DNA of 53,521 bases from a virus. Position 1 is the stretch's first letter. Each line of letters starts with the position of its first letter. The stretch covers positions 1-53,521 of the IMG/VR virus record IMGVR_UViG_3300046058_000043; one strand, written 5' to 3'. The position numbers and the translations under genes were made by a program. This document shows positions 7,369 to 16,897 of this stretch, one piece after another. Below the pieces are notes generated by a model, which saw only the letters and a program-made list of their open reading frames with translations, was not told where the DNA came from and did not search any database.

Positions 7369-8989
7369 CATGAGCAACGACGTCGACCCGGAAGCCGCAG
7401 CGGAGCGCCTTGCCGCGGCGACGACGTCGCCGGAGACCAAACGGGACTTGCTGAACCCCTTCGAGGGGCCGGCCTCGTGGATCGACTTCGCCAACGAGCT
7501 GACGCGGAACTACATGGCCGAAGAGATGGAGGATGACCCCTACCACCTCCTGGGCGATCACCACGAGCGCTGGCTCGAGGTGTTCGACGGCGGCGACCGG
7601 GTCCTTCTGTGTCACCGTGACGGGTTGAAGACGACGATCACGCTCACCTACCTGATCGCCTCGCTGGAGTACAAGGACGGCTTCCGGGCGATCTGGGCGA
7701 TGAACAATCAGGGCTCGGTCAAGAAGAAAGCCGACACCGAGTTCTGGAAGATGGTCGAGCGCAACGAGTGGCTCACCAACCTCAACGGACCGCGCAAGAA
7801 GGACACGATCGAGGCCAAGGAGTTCGCGAACGGCTCGATCATGAACTCGGGCTGGCTGTTCGGTGGGATCGAGGGCGACCGCGCGCACCTGCTCGTCCTG
7901 GACGACATCATCAAGGAGAAAGGCGACGGCGACACCGAGGACGTCCTCGACTGGATCCAGGCCGTGTCCGTCCCGATGGTCAAGGAGGGCGGCCGGACGG
8001 TGATGATCGGGACCCGCAAACGCCCGGACGATATCTACAACGACTACCGCGCTCTCGAGGGCTACGCGTTCGACGAGTACCCGGCGATCCTCGACTACTG
8101 GGACCAGCAGTTCGGCGCCGATGACGACTGGGCCGACCGGCGGCCCGACGAAGAGCTGTACACCGAGGTTGAGGATCCTTGGAACGAGGGCGAGACCCTC
8201 CAGGTCCTCTGGCCCGAGGCCCGCGGCCCGGAGTGGCTCGCCCACAAGCGGTCCCAGATGTCCGACCACCGCTTCTGGCGGGAGTACTGCCTCGTCATCA
8301 TGGGGTCGTCGGGCAACCTGATCGACGCGACCGATGTCCGGACGCCCGCCCAGGACGGTGGCTGTTCAATCGACGATCGCGACCCGCCGCCGAAGTACCG
8401 CGCCGGGCCCGGCGAGGCCATCATCCTCGGCCACGACCCTGCGAACTCGCCCACCGGCGACGATGCCGCGTTTTCGGTCTGGCTCCTCCAGCGGGACGGC
8501 CGGCGCCGCCTCCTGGACGCCCACGCCGAGGTGGGGATGCAGCCCAGCGAGGTCAAGACCCAGCTGGTCGAGTACGACCGCCGATACGATCCGGCGATGA
8601 TCGTGATCGAGAACAACGGGATGCAATCCTACGTCGCCGAAGACGCGATCGAGTTCGACGCCCAGCTGGCCGCGAAGGTTACTGGGCTGACGACCACCGG
8701 CGCAAAGCACAGCTGGGAGAACGGCATCCCGCGGATCCGGACGCTCGTCGACAACGGCTACATCCTCTTCCATCGCGGCCACCGGCCGACCGAGGACTTC
8801 ATTACAGCGATGCAGTCCCTCGAGCGGCGTGACGGGAAGCTCCACGGCCACACACCGGACCTCATCGCGAGTTGGTACATGGCCGAGAAGGGCTTTCGCC
8901 GGCTGGAGGACATGGGCCTCGTCGACGATGAGGGCGCCGACGACCAGGCCGACACGGACGGCGACAGTGGCGGCCTGACCTATCTCTAA
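7361..8989 (+). CDS. terL: Terminase large subunit
   Basis: CHRDGLKTT (Walker A-like), HLLVLDDII (Walker B), MIGTRKR coupling motif, C-terminal nuclease-like ILGHDPA...VIENNG; alternative ATG at 7370. Confidence 0.9.
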   Translation: MCSMSNDVDPEAAAERLAAATTSPETKRDLLNPFEGPASWIDFANELTRNYMAEEMEDDPYHLLGDHHERWLEVFDGGDRVLLCHRDGLKTTITLTYLIASLEYKDGFRAIWAMNNQGSVKKKADTEFWKMVERNEWLTNLNGPRKKDTIEAKEFANGSIMNSGWLFGGIEGDRAHLLVLDDIIKEKGDGDTEDVLDWIQAVSVPMVKEGGRTVMIGTRKRPDDIYNDYRALEGYAFDEYPAILDYWDQQFGADDDWADRRPDEELYTEVEDPWNEGETLQVLWPEARGPEWLAHKRSQMSDHRFWREYCLVIMGSSGNLIDATDVRTPAQDGGCSIDDRDPPPKYRAGPGEAIILGHDPANSPTGDDAAFSVWLLQRDGRRRLLDAHAEVGMQPSEVKTQLVEYDRRYDPAMIVIENNGMQSYVAEDAIEFDAQLAAKVTGLTTTGAKHSWENGIPRIRTLVDNGYILFHRGHRPTEDFITAMQSLERRDGKLHGHTPDLIASWYMAEKGFRRLEDMGLVDDEGADDQADTDGDSGGLTYL

Positions 8990-9000
8990 CCCGAGAAACC

Positions 9001-10905
9001 ATGAGTAGCGACGACACATCCGACGGCTTGCAGGAGCAGCGCATCGATCTCTCAGTCTCGACGCTCGACAAGGGCGCGACGATGTCGAAAGCCCGCGAGA
9101 CGACACAGCTCGACGAGCGTCGGATCGCGATCGACGCCGGCCTCGGGATCCAGCCGCCGTACGACCCCGAGACGCTGGCGGCCTTCCAGGAGATCAACGA
9201 GACGCACCAGGCGTGCGTCCGCAAGAAGTCCCGCTACGAAGTGGGGTACGGCTTCGACATCGTCCCACACTCGCAGGCTGACGAGCCCGACCGGGACAGC
9301 GAGGCCTACGACGACGTCGAGACGTTGTGGCGGAGCGGCGATTCGCGCTGGCAGATCGGACCCGAAGGCACAGCGGCCTCAACCCCTGAGGAGGTCCTGG
9401 AGCTCGCCCGCCAGGACTACCATGGCATTGGGTGGGCGGCCCTCGAGATCCTCGTCGAGGGTGACGGGACACCGATCGGTCTGGCCCACGTCCCAGCGAC
9501 GACCGTCCGAGTCCGGAAGACATCGAAAACGATCGAGACCGAGGACGGCGAGGAGAAGGAGGTCATCGAGAGCGGCCACGGGTATCTGCAGGTCCGCCAG
9601 GGCCGGCGCCGGTACTTCGGTGAAGCGGGCGACCGCTACGGTGACGACCCGACGTTCGTCGATCGAGAGACCGGCGATGTCGCGAGCGATCCCTCGGAGC
9701 TCGACAACGAGCCGGCAAACGAGCTCCTCTTCATCCCGAACCCGAGCCCGCTGTCGCTGTACTACGGTGTCCCGGACTGGGTCGCTGCGATGCAGACGAT
9801 GGGTGCCGACCAGGCCGCCAAGGAGTGGAACCACGACACGTTCGAGCACCTCGGCATCCCCTACTACGTGGTCAAGGTCACGGGCGGCACGCTCACGGAG
9901 GACAGCCGAAAGGAGCTCCGGGAGCTGATGGACAACCTGAAGGGGACTCGCTACCGGACGGCGATCCTCGAGGTCGAGGAGTTCCTCGACGAGACGGATC
10001 TGGAGGGCGAGGACGGCGCCGAAGCCGACATCGAGCTCGAACCGATCGGCTCTCGCGAGGACCTGGACATGGAGTTCCAGGCGTTCCGTGAGCGCAACGA
10101 GCACGAAATCGCTAAAGTGCACGAGGTGCCGCCGATCCTCATCAACGTCACGTCGACGTCCAACCGAGCCAACTCCGAGGCGCAGGTTCAGGAGTTCGCG
10201 CAGGACGTCATCGCACCCGAGCAGGCCAAGTTCGAGGCCCGGCTCTACAAGATCCTCCACCAGACCGCGCTCGGCGTCGACGACTGGACAATCGACTTCG
10301 AGCTGCGGGGCGGCGACAACCCCAAGCAGGAGGCCCAGATGACGGAGCGTCGCGTGCGCTCCTACCGGCTGTCGGGCGTCGCGACGGTCAACCAGACGCT
10401 CGAGGAGCTGGGGCTCCCCACCCGCGACGACGAGATCGGCGACATGACGCTGGCCGAGTACGAGGCCGAGATCGGCGGCGACGCCGGCGCCGGCGGCGGT
10501 GGCGAGACAGAGGCCAGCCAGTCGGTCCACGCGCCGCCGGAGGAGAACAAGATCGGCGAGCGCGAGTGGGAGATCGTCGAGAACCAGCTCGCCACCAAGG
10601 ACGCGATCGAGCAGACGCAGTTCAACAGCTCGAATCTCTCGGAGGGACTCTACGACATCGAGGCCCAGGAGCTCTACCTGAGCTTTGAGCGTCCGGACGG
10701 CCAGAACTCGCTGTACGTCTACGTCGACGTCCCGCAGTCTGTCTGGGCGGCGCTGACGAACGCTGGCAGCCACGGGAGCTACCACTACGAGCACATTCGC
10801 CTGGAGTACGGGTACATGGAGATCACGAACTTCCACTCGCGGTTGCCGGAGGGCCCGGCGCCGGATCCGGAGGACGTTCCGGACGACATCCCCAGCGGCA
10901 TCTAA
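9001..10905 (+). CDS. Portal protein with C-terminal KTSC-like domain
   Basis: 634 aa directly after TerL; C-terminus LYDIEAQELYLSFERPDGQNSLYVYVDVPQSVWAALTNAGSHGSYHYEHIR. Confidence 0.8.
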   Translation: MSSDDTSDGLQEQRIDLSVSTLDKGATMSKARETTQLDERRIAIDAGLGIQPPYDPETLAAFQEINETHQACVRKKSRYEVGYGFDIVPHSQADEPDRDSEAYDDVETLWRSGDSRWQIGPEGTAASTPEEVLELARQDYHGIGWAALEILVEGDGTPIGLAHVPATTVRVRKTSKTIETEDGEEKEVIESGHGYLQVRQGRRRYFGEAGDRYGDDPTFVDRETGDVASDPSELDNEPANELLFIPNPSPLSLYYGVPDWVAAMQTMGADQAAKEWNHDTFEHLGIPYYVVKVTGGTLTEDSRKELRELMDNLKGTRYRTAILEVEEFLDETDLEGEDGAEADIELEPIGSREDLDMEFQAFRERNEHEIAKVHEVPPILINVTSTSNRANSEAQVQEFAQDVIAPEQAKFEARLYKILHQTALGVDDWTIDFELRGGDNPKQEAQMTERRVRSYRLSGVATVNQTLEELGLPTRDDEIGDMTLAEYEAEIGGDAGAGGGGETEASQSVHAPPEENKIGEREWEIVENQLATKDAIEQTQFNSSNLSEGLYDIEAQELYLSFERPDGQNSLYVYVDVPQSVWAALTNAGSHGSYHYEHIRLEYGYMEITNFHSRLPEGPAPDPEDVPDDIPSGI

Positions 10906-11000
10906 CAGGCGGCGCGGTGCGGTTATCCCCGACTGGGCGGCGCGCGGTTCGACTCCGCGCCGGGGACCTTCGCCGGGGCAGTGCGGCCCGGCACTAAACG

Positions 11001-11114
11001 ATGGCTGATTCTGAAACCAACCGAACGCGCGGCGAGAAGCGTGGCCTCGTGTCGACCGACGACGTCGACGCGGACGACGCTGACGCCGACGCCAACGACG
11101 ACGCGGAGGACTGA
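11001..11114 (+). CDS. Possible 37-aa acidic peptide
   Basis: MADSETNRTRGEKRGLVSTDDVDADDADADANDDAED; GC-rich third positions; between portal and protease. Confidence 0.35.
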   Translation: MADSETNRTRGEKRGLVSTDDVDADDADADANDDAED

Positions 11115-11117
11115 CAC

Positions 11118-12689
11118 ATGACCGACCGAGACGCACAGCTCACCAAGCGCGTCGACTACGTCGCCAAGGACGCCGAGGAGCAGACGGCGACTGGCGTCGT
11201 GATGGTCCCGAACACGGTCGACCACCAGGGCGACTGGGAGCGTCCGGCGACTATCGAGGCGTTCGCCAACCAGTTCGGCGCGTTCATGGACGTCGACGAG
11301 GCGGACGGCGGCGTCATGCACGCCGTCTGGCCGTCGGAGTGGATGTCCCTTGACCGCAACGAGGTGCTCGACGCCCCCGAGGAGATCGGCGGTAGGGACG
11401 TCCCCGAGGGTGCGTGGGTTCAGAGGTGGGCGTACCACGACGACGATCTCTGGGGACTCGTCGAGGACGACATCCTCGGCGGGCACTCGATCGGCGCGGT
11501 CAACGCCCAGTGGGACTTCAACGGCGAGGACCCCGAAGATCTCCCCGATGACGTCACCGTCCCCGACGAGGTCGACGTCGCGGAGTACTGGGAACTGACT
11601 GACGGCATCGTCCAGGAGGTCAGCGCGGTCGACATCCCGGCGGTTCCCGACGCCCAGATCCTTTCGACGTCGAAGGCTCGCGCCGCCACGGCCGAGAAGC
11701 GCCTTTCCGACCACCTCGGCAACCGCGATGGCTTCATCGAGGAGGCACAGGAGCGCGGGCACAGCGAGGAGGCCGCCGAGCGGCTGTGGAGTGTCCTCGA
11801 CCGCGGCATCAACGTCGAGGGTGCCGGCGAACCCGGCGCGAAGGCGAAGCTGACCAGCGCGGCGACGGCGTTCCTCAACGCGCTGACCGGAGCCGACAGC
11901 GGCGACGGCAGCGAGCGACGCGCGGGCGCACAGGCAGCCAAGAACGCCAGTAGCCCAGACCGTGTCACCAAGGAGGACACAGTCGGTGTCGATGTCTTCC
12001 GCATCACAGCGGCCGACGATGACGACACGGACTACGATGGCGACCTGCTCGGCATGGGCGTCGACTTCCCCGAACACGACGTGTACGTCGACTGGCGCCG
12101 GGATGCGTTCCCGGATGCGCTCGAGGATCCGCACGTCTCGATCTACGGCAGCATGGAGGATCTCGAGCAGGCGACCGGGAACCAGATCGAGTCGCTGGAC
12201 ACAGTCGATAGCCCGACCGACGGGTTCGCGTCTGAGGCACAGCGAATCCGGCAGAAGGCACTCAAAGAGGCAGACAATCACGCCCCCGAGGGCGACACCT
12301 CGGATGCTGGCGGCTCCGAGACGGAGGCCGCCAACAACACTGACATGAGCAATGACGACCCGATGGCCGACGCCCCTGAGTGGGCGAAGGCCCTGGACGA
12401 CCGCATCGACTCCCTCGAGTCCGAGAAGGATGCCGACGAGGGCACTGACGATGACCTGATGGCCGATGCCCCCGAGTGGGCGAAGGACCTCTCCGACCGC
12501 GTCGACGAGATCGAGGCTGAGAAGGACGCCGACGAGGGCAAGCCCGAGTGGGCCAAGAACCTCGAGGAGCGCGTCGACGCGATCTCGAAGCAGACCGGCA
12601 CCGACACCCAGCAGCTGGGCAAGTCCGGCGAGGAAGAGACCGAGAAGGACGGCGGGTTCACGCTGGACCCGCGGAAGGCCCGGAGGTAA
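11118..12689 (+). CDS. XkdF-like prohead serine protease fused to repeat-containing scaffold-like region
   Basis: ATGVVMVPNTVDHQGDWERPATIEAFANQFGAFM...GGVMHAVW...GGHSIGA matches XkdF/S78_2-type order; coiled-coil acidic C-terminal half; sits before the capsid gene. Confidence 0.7.
   Translation: MTDRDAQLTKRVDYVAKDAEEQTATGVVMVPNTVDHQGDWERPATIEAFANQFGAFMDVDEADGGVMHAVWPSEWMSLDRNEVLDAPEEIGGRDVPEGAWVQRWAYHDDDLWGLVEDDILGGHSIGAVNAQWDFNGEDPEDLPDDVTVPDEVDVAEYWELTDGIVQEVSAVDIPAVPDAQILSTSKARAATAEKRLSDHLGNRDGFIEEAQERGHSEEAAERLWSVLDRGINVEGAGEPGAKAKLTSAATAFLNALTGADSGDGSERRAGAQAAKNASSPDRVTKEDTVGVDVFRITAADDDDTDYDGDLLGMGVDFPEHDVYVDWRRDAFPDALEDPHVSIYGSMEDLEQATGNQIESLDTVDSPTDGFASEAQRIRQKALKEADNHAPEGDTSDAGGSETEAANNTDMSNDDPMADAPEWAKALDDRIDSLESEKDADEGTDDDLMADAPEWAKDLSDRVDEIEAEKDADEGKPEWAKNLEERVDAISKQTGTDTQQLGKSGEEETEKDGGFTLDPRKARR
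12355..12600 (+). repeat. Three tandem ~28-30-aa coding repeats in the scaffold region
   Basis: DDPMADAPEWAKALDDRIDSLESEKDADEG / DDLMADAPEWAKDLSDRVDEIEAEKDADEG / KPEWAKNLEERVDAISKQTG. Confidence 0.85.
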
Positions 12690-12695
12690 CTACAG

Positions 12696-13643
12696 ATGAC
12701 GATCAGCTCTACCCGAACGCAGAACGAGAAGGCGATCGAGAAGCTCGACACCTCGGACATGGCCGGCGGCGTCCTGCCCCGTGACCTGTTCGAGGAGTGG
12801 TACCAGAAAGTCGTCGACTCGGCGACCATGCTGGAGGGGGCCCGCACCGAGGACCTCCCCCGGCCGCAGATGGACCTGCCGCGGATCAGCGTCGGCGAGC
12901 GGATGCGCCGCGGATCGACTGAGAACTCCGGTGACGACGGAGATGGCGAGGTCAACACCGACGCGGTGAGCTTAGACGTCGAGAAGGGCACGCTCGCGTA
13001 CGATCTGTCGCGCGAGTCCGTCGACGACACGCTCGACAACGTCGACGAGATCGTCCTGGACATGCTGGCCCGGCAGTTCGCGGTCGACACCCAGGACCTC
13101 GGGATCAACGGCGACGAGTCCGATGCGGACGCGTTCCTCAGCCAGAACGACGGCTGGCTGAAGATCCTCTCGAACTCAACGGACACCGCCACCTACGACC
13201 ACACCGATGCCAACGGCAACGCCCAGCCGATCAACACGAGTCTCTTCAACGAGATGATCCAGGCGATGCCGAACAAGTACCTCCGGTCGGACCGGTTCGA
13301 GCCGGTGTTCTACGCTAACGAGAACAAGGTCCAGCAGTACCGGATGGCACTGACCGAGCGCGAGGATCCGCTGGGTTCGGCAGTCATCTTCGGCGACGAG
13401 GACATCACGCCGTTCAGCTACCGCGTCGAAGGCGTCGCTGCCTGGCCGGAAGACCAGATCGTGTTCACGCACCCGCAGAACTTCGTCTACGGGCTCTACG
13501 ACGAGGTCGAGATCCGCGTCCTCACCGAGACGGACAAGGTCGCCGAGAACGACCTGTTCGCCCGCTACTTCATGCGGATTCGCGACGACTTCGCGATCGA
13601 GGACGAGGAGGCCGCCGTCCACGGCACCGGGATCGAGGTCTGA
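12696..13643 (+). CDS. Major capsid protein (HK97-fold type)
   Basis: 315 aa, follows protease/scaffold; composition and position typical. Confidence 0.8.
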   Translation: MTISSTRTQNEKAIEKLDTSDMAGGVLPRDLFEEWYQKVVDSATMLEGARTEDLPRPQMDLPRISVGERMRRGSTENSGDDGDGEVNTDAVSLDVEKGTLAYDLSRESVDDTLDNVDEIVLDMLARQFAVDTQDLGINGDESDADAFLSQNDGWLKILSNSTDTATYDHTDANGNAQPINTSLFNEMIQAMPNKYLRSDRFEPVFYANENKVQQYRMALTEREDPLGSAVIFGDEDITPFSYRVEGVAAWPEDQIVFTHPQNFVYGLYDEVEIRVLTETDKVAENDLFARYFMRIRDDFAIEDEEAAVHGTGIEV

Positions 13644-13656
13644 GGTGGTCTGAGAG

Positions 13657-14028
13657 ATGGCTACCACGAATGAGCAGGTCCGTCAGCGGTACGAAGCCGG
13701 CGGGCTACTCAACGACGGTGCGCCTCGAAACACGGTCACGGACGGCCCCGGCAACGGTGCCGAGACCGCCGTCGGCGAGGACACGGACGTCCACGTCGTC
13801 AACCCCGACGGGACGAACGCGGTCAACCTCGACGCAGCGGCGGAGGCCGGCCGCGAGGTCGCCATCGTCCACAACGGCGGCGCCAACACGCCGACGCTGT
13901 CGTTCGCCGATGCGGACTTCGTCGGGACGGGACCGGCAAACATCACCAGCGCGGGCGCCACGGCCACACTGGTTAACGTCGACGGCACGACCAGCGGCTG
14001 GGTCGTCAAGGCGACCGGGAGTGCCTGA
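13657..14028 (+). CDS. Head-associated hypothetical protein (possible decoration protein)
   Basis: 123 aa immediately after the capsid gene. Confidence 0.5.
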   Translation: MATTNEQVRQRYEAGGLLNDGAPRNTVTDGPGNGAETAVGEDTDVHVVNPDGTNAVNLDAAAEAGREVAIVHNGGANTPTLSFADADFVGTGPANITSAGATATLVNVDGTTSGWVVKATGSA

Positions 14029-14030
14029 TC

Positions 14031-14450
14031 ATGCCACGAGTACGCTACACCGCTGACAGCGGTCGGTACCGTATCACCGGGCAGACGTTCGAGCCGGGCG
14101 ACGTCCACGAGGTCAGCGCAGCACTGGCCGACCATCTCGTCGACGACGTCGGCGAGTTCGAGCGCGCCGACGATGCCGACGCCGGCGCCGGCGAGACCAA
14201 GCCAGCGTCTGCCGATGTTCACGAGGGGGATAGGCCGCTCGATGCGGACAAAGCCGACGACGCGAGCGGAGCTGATGATCTCGTCGCGACGCTGCAGGAC
14301 CAGACGATCCCCGAAATAGAAGACGACCTCGAGAGCGGCCGCTTCGATGATCGCCTCGATGAGCTCGCCCAAGCCGAATCTGAGGGCAAGGATCGCGCCG
14401 GGATCCACGACGCGATCGGTGTCCGCCGCGCGGAGATCGAGGAGGCCTAA
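14031..14450 (+). CDS. Acidic hypothetical head-module protein
   Basis: 139-aa ORF, tight spacing. Confidence 0.55.
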   Translation: MPRVRYTADSGRYRITGQTFEPGDVHEVSAALADHLVDDVGEFERADDADAGAGETKPASADVHEGDRPLDADKADDASGADDLVATLQDQTIPEIEDDLESGRFDDRLDELAQAESEGKDRAGIHDAIGVRRAEIEEA

Positions 14451-14453
14451 CCC

Positions 14454-14762
14454 ATGCCTGCGCGGGATGCCAGCACGGTGATCACAGACTCGAAGGCGTT
14501 CGGCGCACCCGAGACGGCCAGCGCCTTGATTGACGGCTACCACGCGCCGGCGATCTGCGTTGCGTTGGAGAGCCTCGAGGGCAACGCCGATGACACGCTG
14601 ACGATCGAAATCGTCGGCGCAGCTGGCTCCTACGAGGTCGACAGCCGAACGCTCTCGGCGACTGGGAGCTACGTCGTCGATGTTCCGCAAGCCGATGAGG
14701 TGCAGTTGACCAGCGCGAATGGCTCGACGATCAGCGCTGAAGCACGGAACAACCCGAGGTAA
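14454..14762 (+). CDS. Hypothetical head-module protein
   Basis: 102-aa ORF, tight spacing. Confidence 0.55.
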   Translation: MPARDASTVITDSKAFGAPETASALIDGYHAPAICVALESLEGNADDTLTIEIVGAAGSYEVDSRTLSATGSYVVDVPQADEVQLTSANGSTISAEARNNPR

Positions 14763-14768
14763 CCAGAG

Positions 14769-15518
14769 ATGCCCACCGGCTACTGCACCGTCGAGGACGT
14801 CCGCCGGGCGCTCCAGAAGACGATCGACAGCTTCGACAGCGGCGCCTGGGGCGCGGACGATCACCAGACGGTCGTCGACGCGATTACGAGTCAGACCGAA
14901 TGGCTTGAGAAGACGACAAAGCGCCACTGGTACGACCCCAACGGGATCACCGAGGACGACAAGGACCCAATCCCGACGTCAACGAAGTCGCGGAACGACG
15001 AGGAGTCGGTCACGACCGGCGGCGCCACTGTTGTCGGCGAACCGGTGACGCCGAAGACGTGGCACCAGGGCTACACCAAGATCCGGCTGGCCCGTCGGGA
15101 CGCCGGCGCCGTCGAGCAGCTACTGGTCGCTGGTGAGGATGGCTTCGAGGACTGGGTGGCCAGCGACGAGTACGCCGGCGGGCAGTTCCCTGCCGCCCTC
15201 GGCGACGACTACTACGTCCGGGTGAACAACGGCGGCTGGTCAGAGCTCTACCTGGACGCCGATCACTTCCTGGACGCAGACAGTGAGCCCATCCTGGACT
15301 CGTACAGCAACGCCGTGTACGTGACCTTCGAGTACGGCCATGAGGGCATCCCGAAGAACGTCCGGCGGGCGGTCGCGATGCGCGCCGGCGCGCAGCTGCT
15401 CGCGCCTGACGACGAGGCTGCGCTCGGGATTCCGGAGCAGTCGTCACTGCAGTCGGTCGAGACGAAGGTCCAAGCGCTCGAGCGACAGGCCGAAGAACTC
15501 CTGGAGGTCTATCTGTGA
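14769..15518 (+). CDS. Head-tail connector/adaptor (gp6-like N-terminus)
   Basis: MPTGYCTVEDVRRALQ resembles the yaTveDvk..l start of head-tail connector proteins; position. Confidence 0.55.
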   Translation: MPTGYCTVEDVRRALQKTIDSFDSGAWGADDHQTVVDAITSQTEWLEKTTKRHWYDPNGITEDDKDPIPTSTKSRNDEESVTTGGATVVGEPVTPKTWHQGYTKIRLARRDAGAVEQLLVAGEDGFEDWVASDEYAGGQFPAALGDDYYVRVNNGGWSELYLDADHFLDADSEPILDSYSNAVYVTFEYGHEGIPKNVRRAVAMRAGAQLLAPDDEAALGIPEQSSLQSVETKVQALERQAEELLEVYL

Positions 15519-15766
15519 GACCGGATCGCCCCTACCGCGCGCTGCGCGCTGGCGTCGGCGCTGCGGTGATCCTGGTGGTCGTCGGGCTGTGGGCCCACGG
15601 CCAGGCCACCGGCTCGCCGCTCGAGACGATCTGGCAGGTCGTGATGCTGGCGCTGGTGCTCGCCGCCGCCTACTCGGTGTTCGGGCAGCGGACGGTCGAG
15701 AACGCCGTCGAGACTGCACAGGAGCTCCAGGGTAGCGATACGGAGGGTGACGATGGTGACGCTTGA
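15515..15766 (+). CDS. Small membrane protein (GTG start)
   Basis: Two hydrophobic helices (GAAVILVVVGLWA, VVMLALVLAAAYSVF); GTGA overlap. Confidence 0.45.
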   Translation: MRPDRPYRALRAGVGAAVILVVVGLWAHGQATGSPLETIWQVVMLALVLAAAYSVFGQRTVENAVETAQELQGSDTEGDDGDA

Positions 15767-16220
15767 TTCGGACTTCGAGTCGAAGCTTCAGGAGGCCCTC
15801 CTCGACGGCGCCGAGCACGAGTTCGTCGGCAAACAAGGGAATCTCGTCCATCAGGCGATCCAGCAAGCTCATGAGATCCTTCGAGAGTACGGCTCTCGAT
15901 ACGACTACTCGATTGAGCCGATCATCGAGTCGCTGGGCCAGGTGGACATCGAACGCACCGACAACCGACTTCGGATCCGAGTCGGCTGGGACTATCCAGC
16001 AGCGCCGTTCTTCGAGCTGGGGACCAGTGACCACACCGTCGAGGGGAACCCGATCCTTTCGTTCGTGTGGGAGGATCCGCCGGCGTGGGTACGCGAGCAG
16101 TTCGATCGCGAGGGCGACGGCTGGCGCGTGTTCTTCCACGAGACCGAGCCTTCAGGCATCCCCGAGTCGCGGTTCGTGAGAGATGCGCTGAACTGGCTTC
16201 GGAGGGAGATACAGCGATGA
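15747..16220 (+). CDS. Head-tail joining protein (HK97 gp10-like, tentative)
   Basis: 157 aa, position; YPAAPFFELGTSDH region. Confidence 0.45.
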   Translation: MTMVTLDSDFESKLQEALLDGAEHEFVGKQGNLVHQAIQQAHEILREYGSRYDYSIEPIIESLGQVDIERTDNRLRIRVGWDYPAAPFFELGTSDHTVEGNPILSFVWEDPPAWVREQFDREGDGWRVFFHETEPSGIPESRFVRDALNWLRREIQR

Positions 16221-16384
16221 TCTGCGACGTTTGTGGCGACGATAAAGGCGTAGTGTACCGCTCCGGCTCTGTTTGTCGTCCGTGCCCCGGTTGTGGCCGT
16301 CCACGACCTGGCCGGAATCTCCCGACTGATCCTATCAGACCCGTCGAATCTCTGCTGCGTGCCTGTGCGAGGTTGAAAAGATGA
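16217..16384 (+). CDS. Mini zinc-ribbon protein (55 aa)
   Basis: MICDVCGDDKGVVYRSGSVCRPCPGCG; ATGA overlaps at both ends. Confidence 0.5.
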   Translation: MICDVCGDDKGVVYRSGSVCRPCPGCGRPRPGRNLPTDPIRPVESLLRACARLKR

Positions 16385-16866
16385 GCGCCGAAGTCGACTG
16401 GGTCCTAGAGCAGCTGGGCAGCGTCGTCGGTTCCACGACGGTACCGCTCAAGCGCGTCAACCGGGACGAGAGTGAAATCCTCGAGGACGACATCCGGAAG
16501 CGCAAGGGCGACCTCCAGCAGGCCAACTTCGTTGGCGCAACGCTCGCCGATCGCGACCCCGAACCGCTCGGGTTCGAGTACGATCACGAAGTTGAGACTG
16601 TGGTTGGCGTCCGGGTTGAGGGACTCCACGCGGCTGAGTGGGGGCACATCGACCCGGCCGGTGCCGACGGTATCCCATGGGATGAACTGGTCCGGCGAAT
16701 CAAGCGGGCGCTGCTCGCAGAGCGAACATACCCCGCTGTCGGCGCTCCGGACACGGACTACCATTCGCTGCTGATCACGAACGTGGCGCCGGACTCGGCG
16801 TCGTACCGCGACTACTACCGAACCGACTTCGACGTCGTCTTCCAGGGCGACGAAACGCTACCATGA
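16381..16866 (+). CDS. Tail completion/terminator-like protein (positional)
   Basis: 161 aa immediately upstream of the major tail protein. Confidence 0.45.
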   Translation: MSAEVDWVLEQLGSVVGSTTVPLKRVNRDESEILEDDIRKRKGDLQQANFVGATLADRDPEPLGFEYDHEVETVVGVRVEGLHAAEWGHIDPAGADGIPWDELVRRIKRALLAERTYPAVGAPDTDYHSLLITNVAPDSASYRDYYRTDFDVVFQGDETLP

Positions 16867-16897
16867 TCCGACACACTGACACGAACGGTGGTATCGC

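Noticed and set aside
10927-10967. T-arm-like hairpin (cgcgg-TTCGACT-ccgcg) followed by ccgggga, which pairs with tccccg 30 nt upstream. Considered as a second tRNA.
   Set aside because: No D-arm or anticodon arm can be drawn. The only full-length register (10889-10967) overlaps the portal stop and fails at the anticodon stem. It is probably a GC-rich terminator or structural hairpin after the portal gene.
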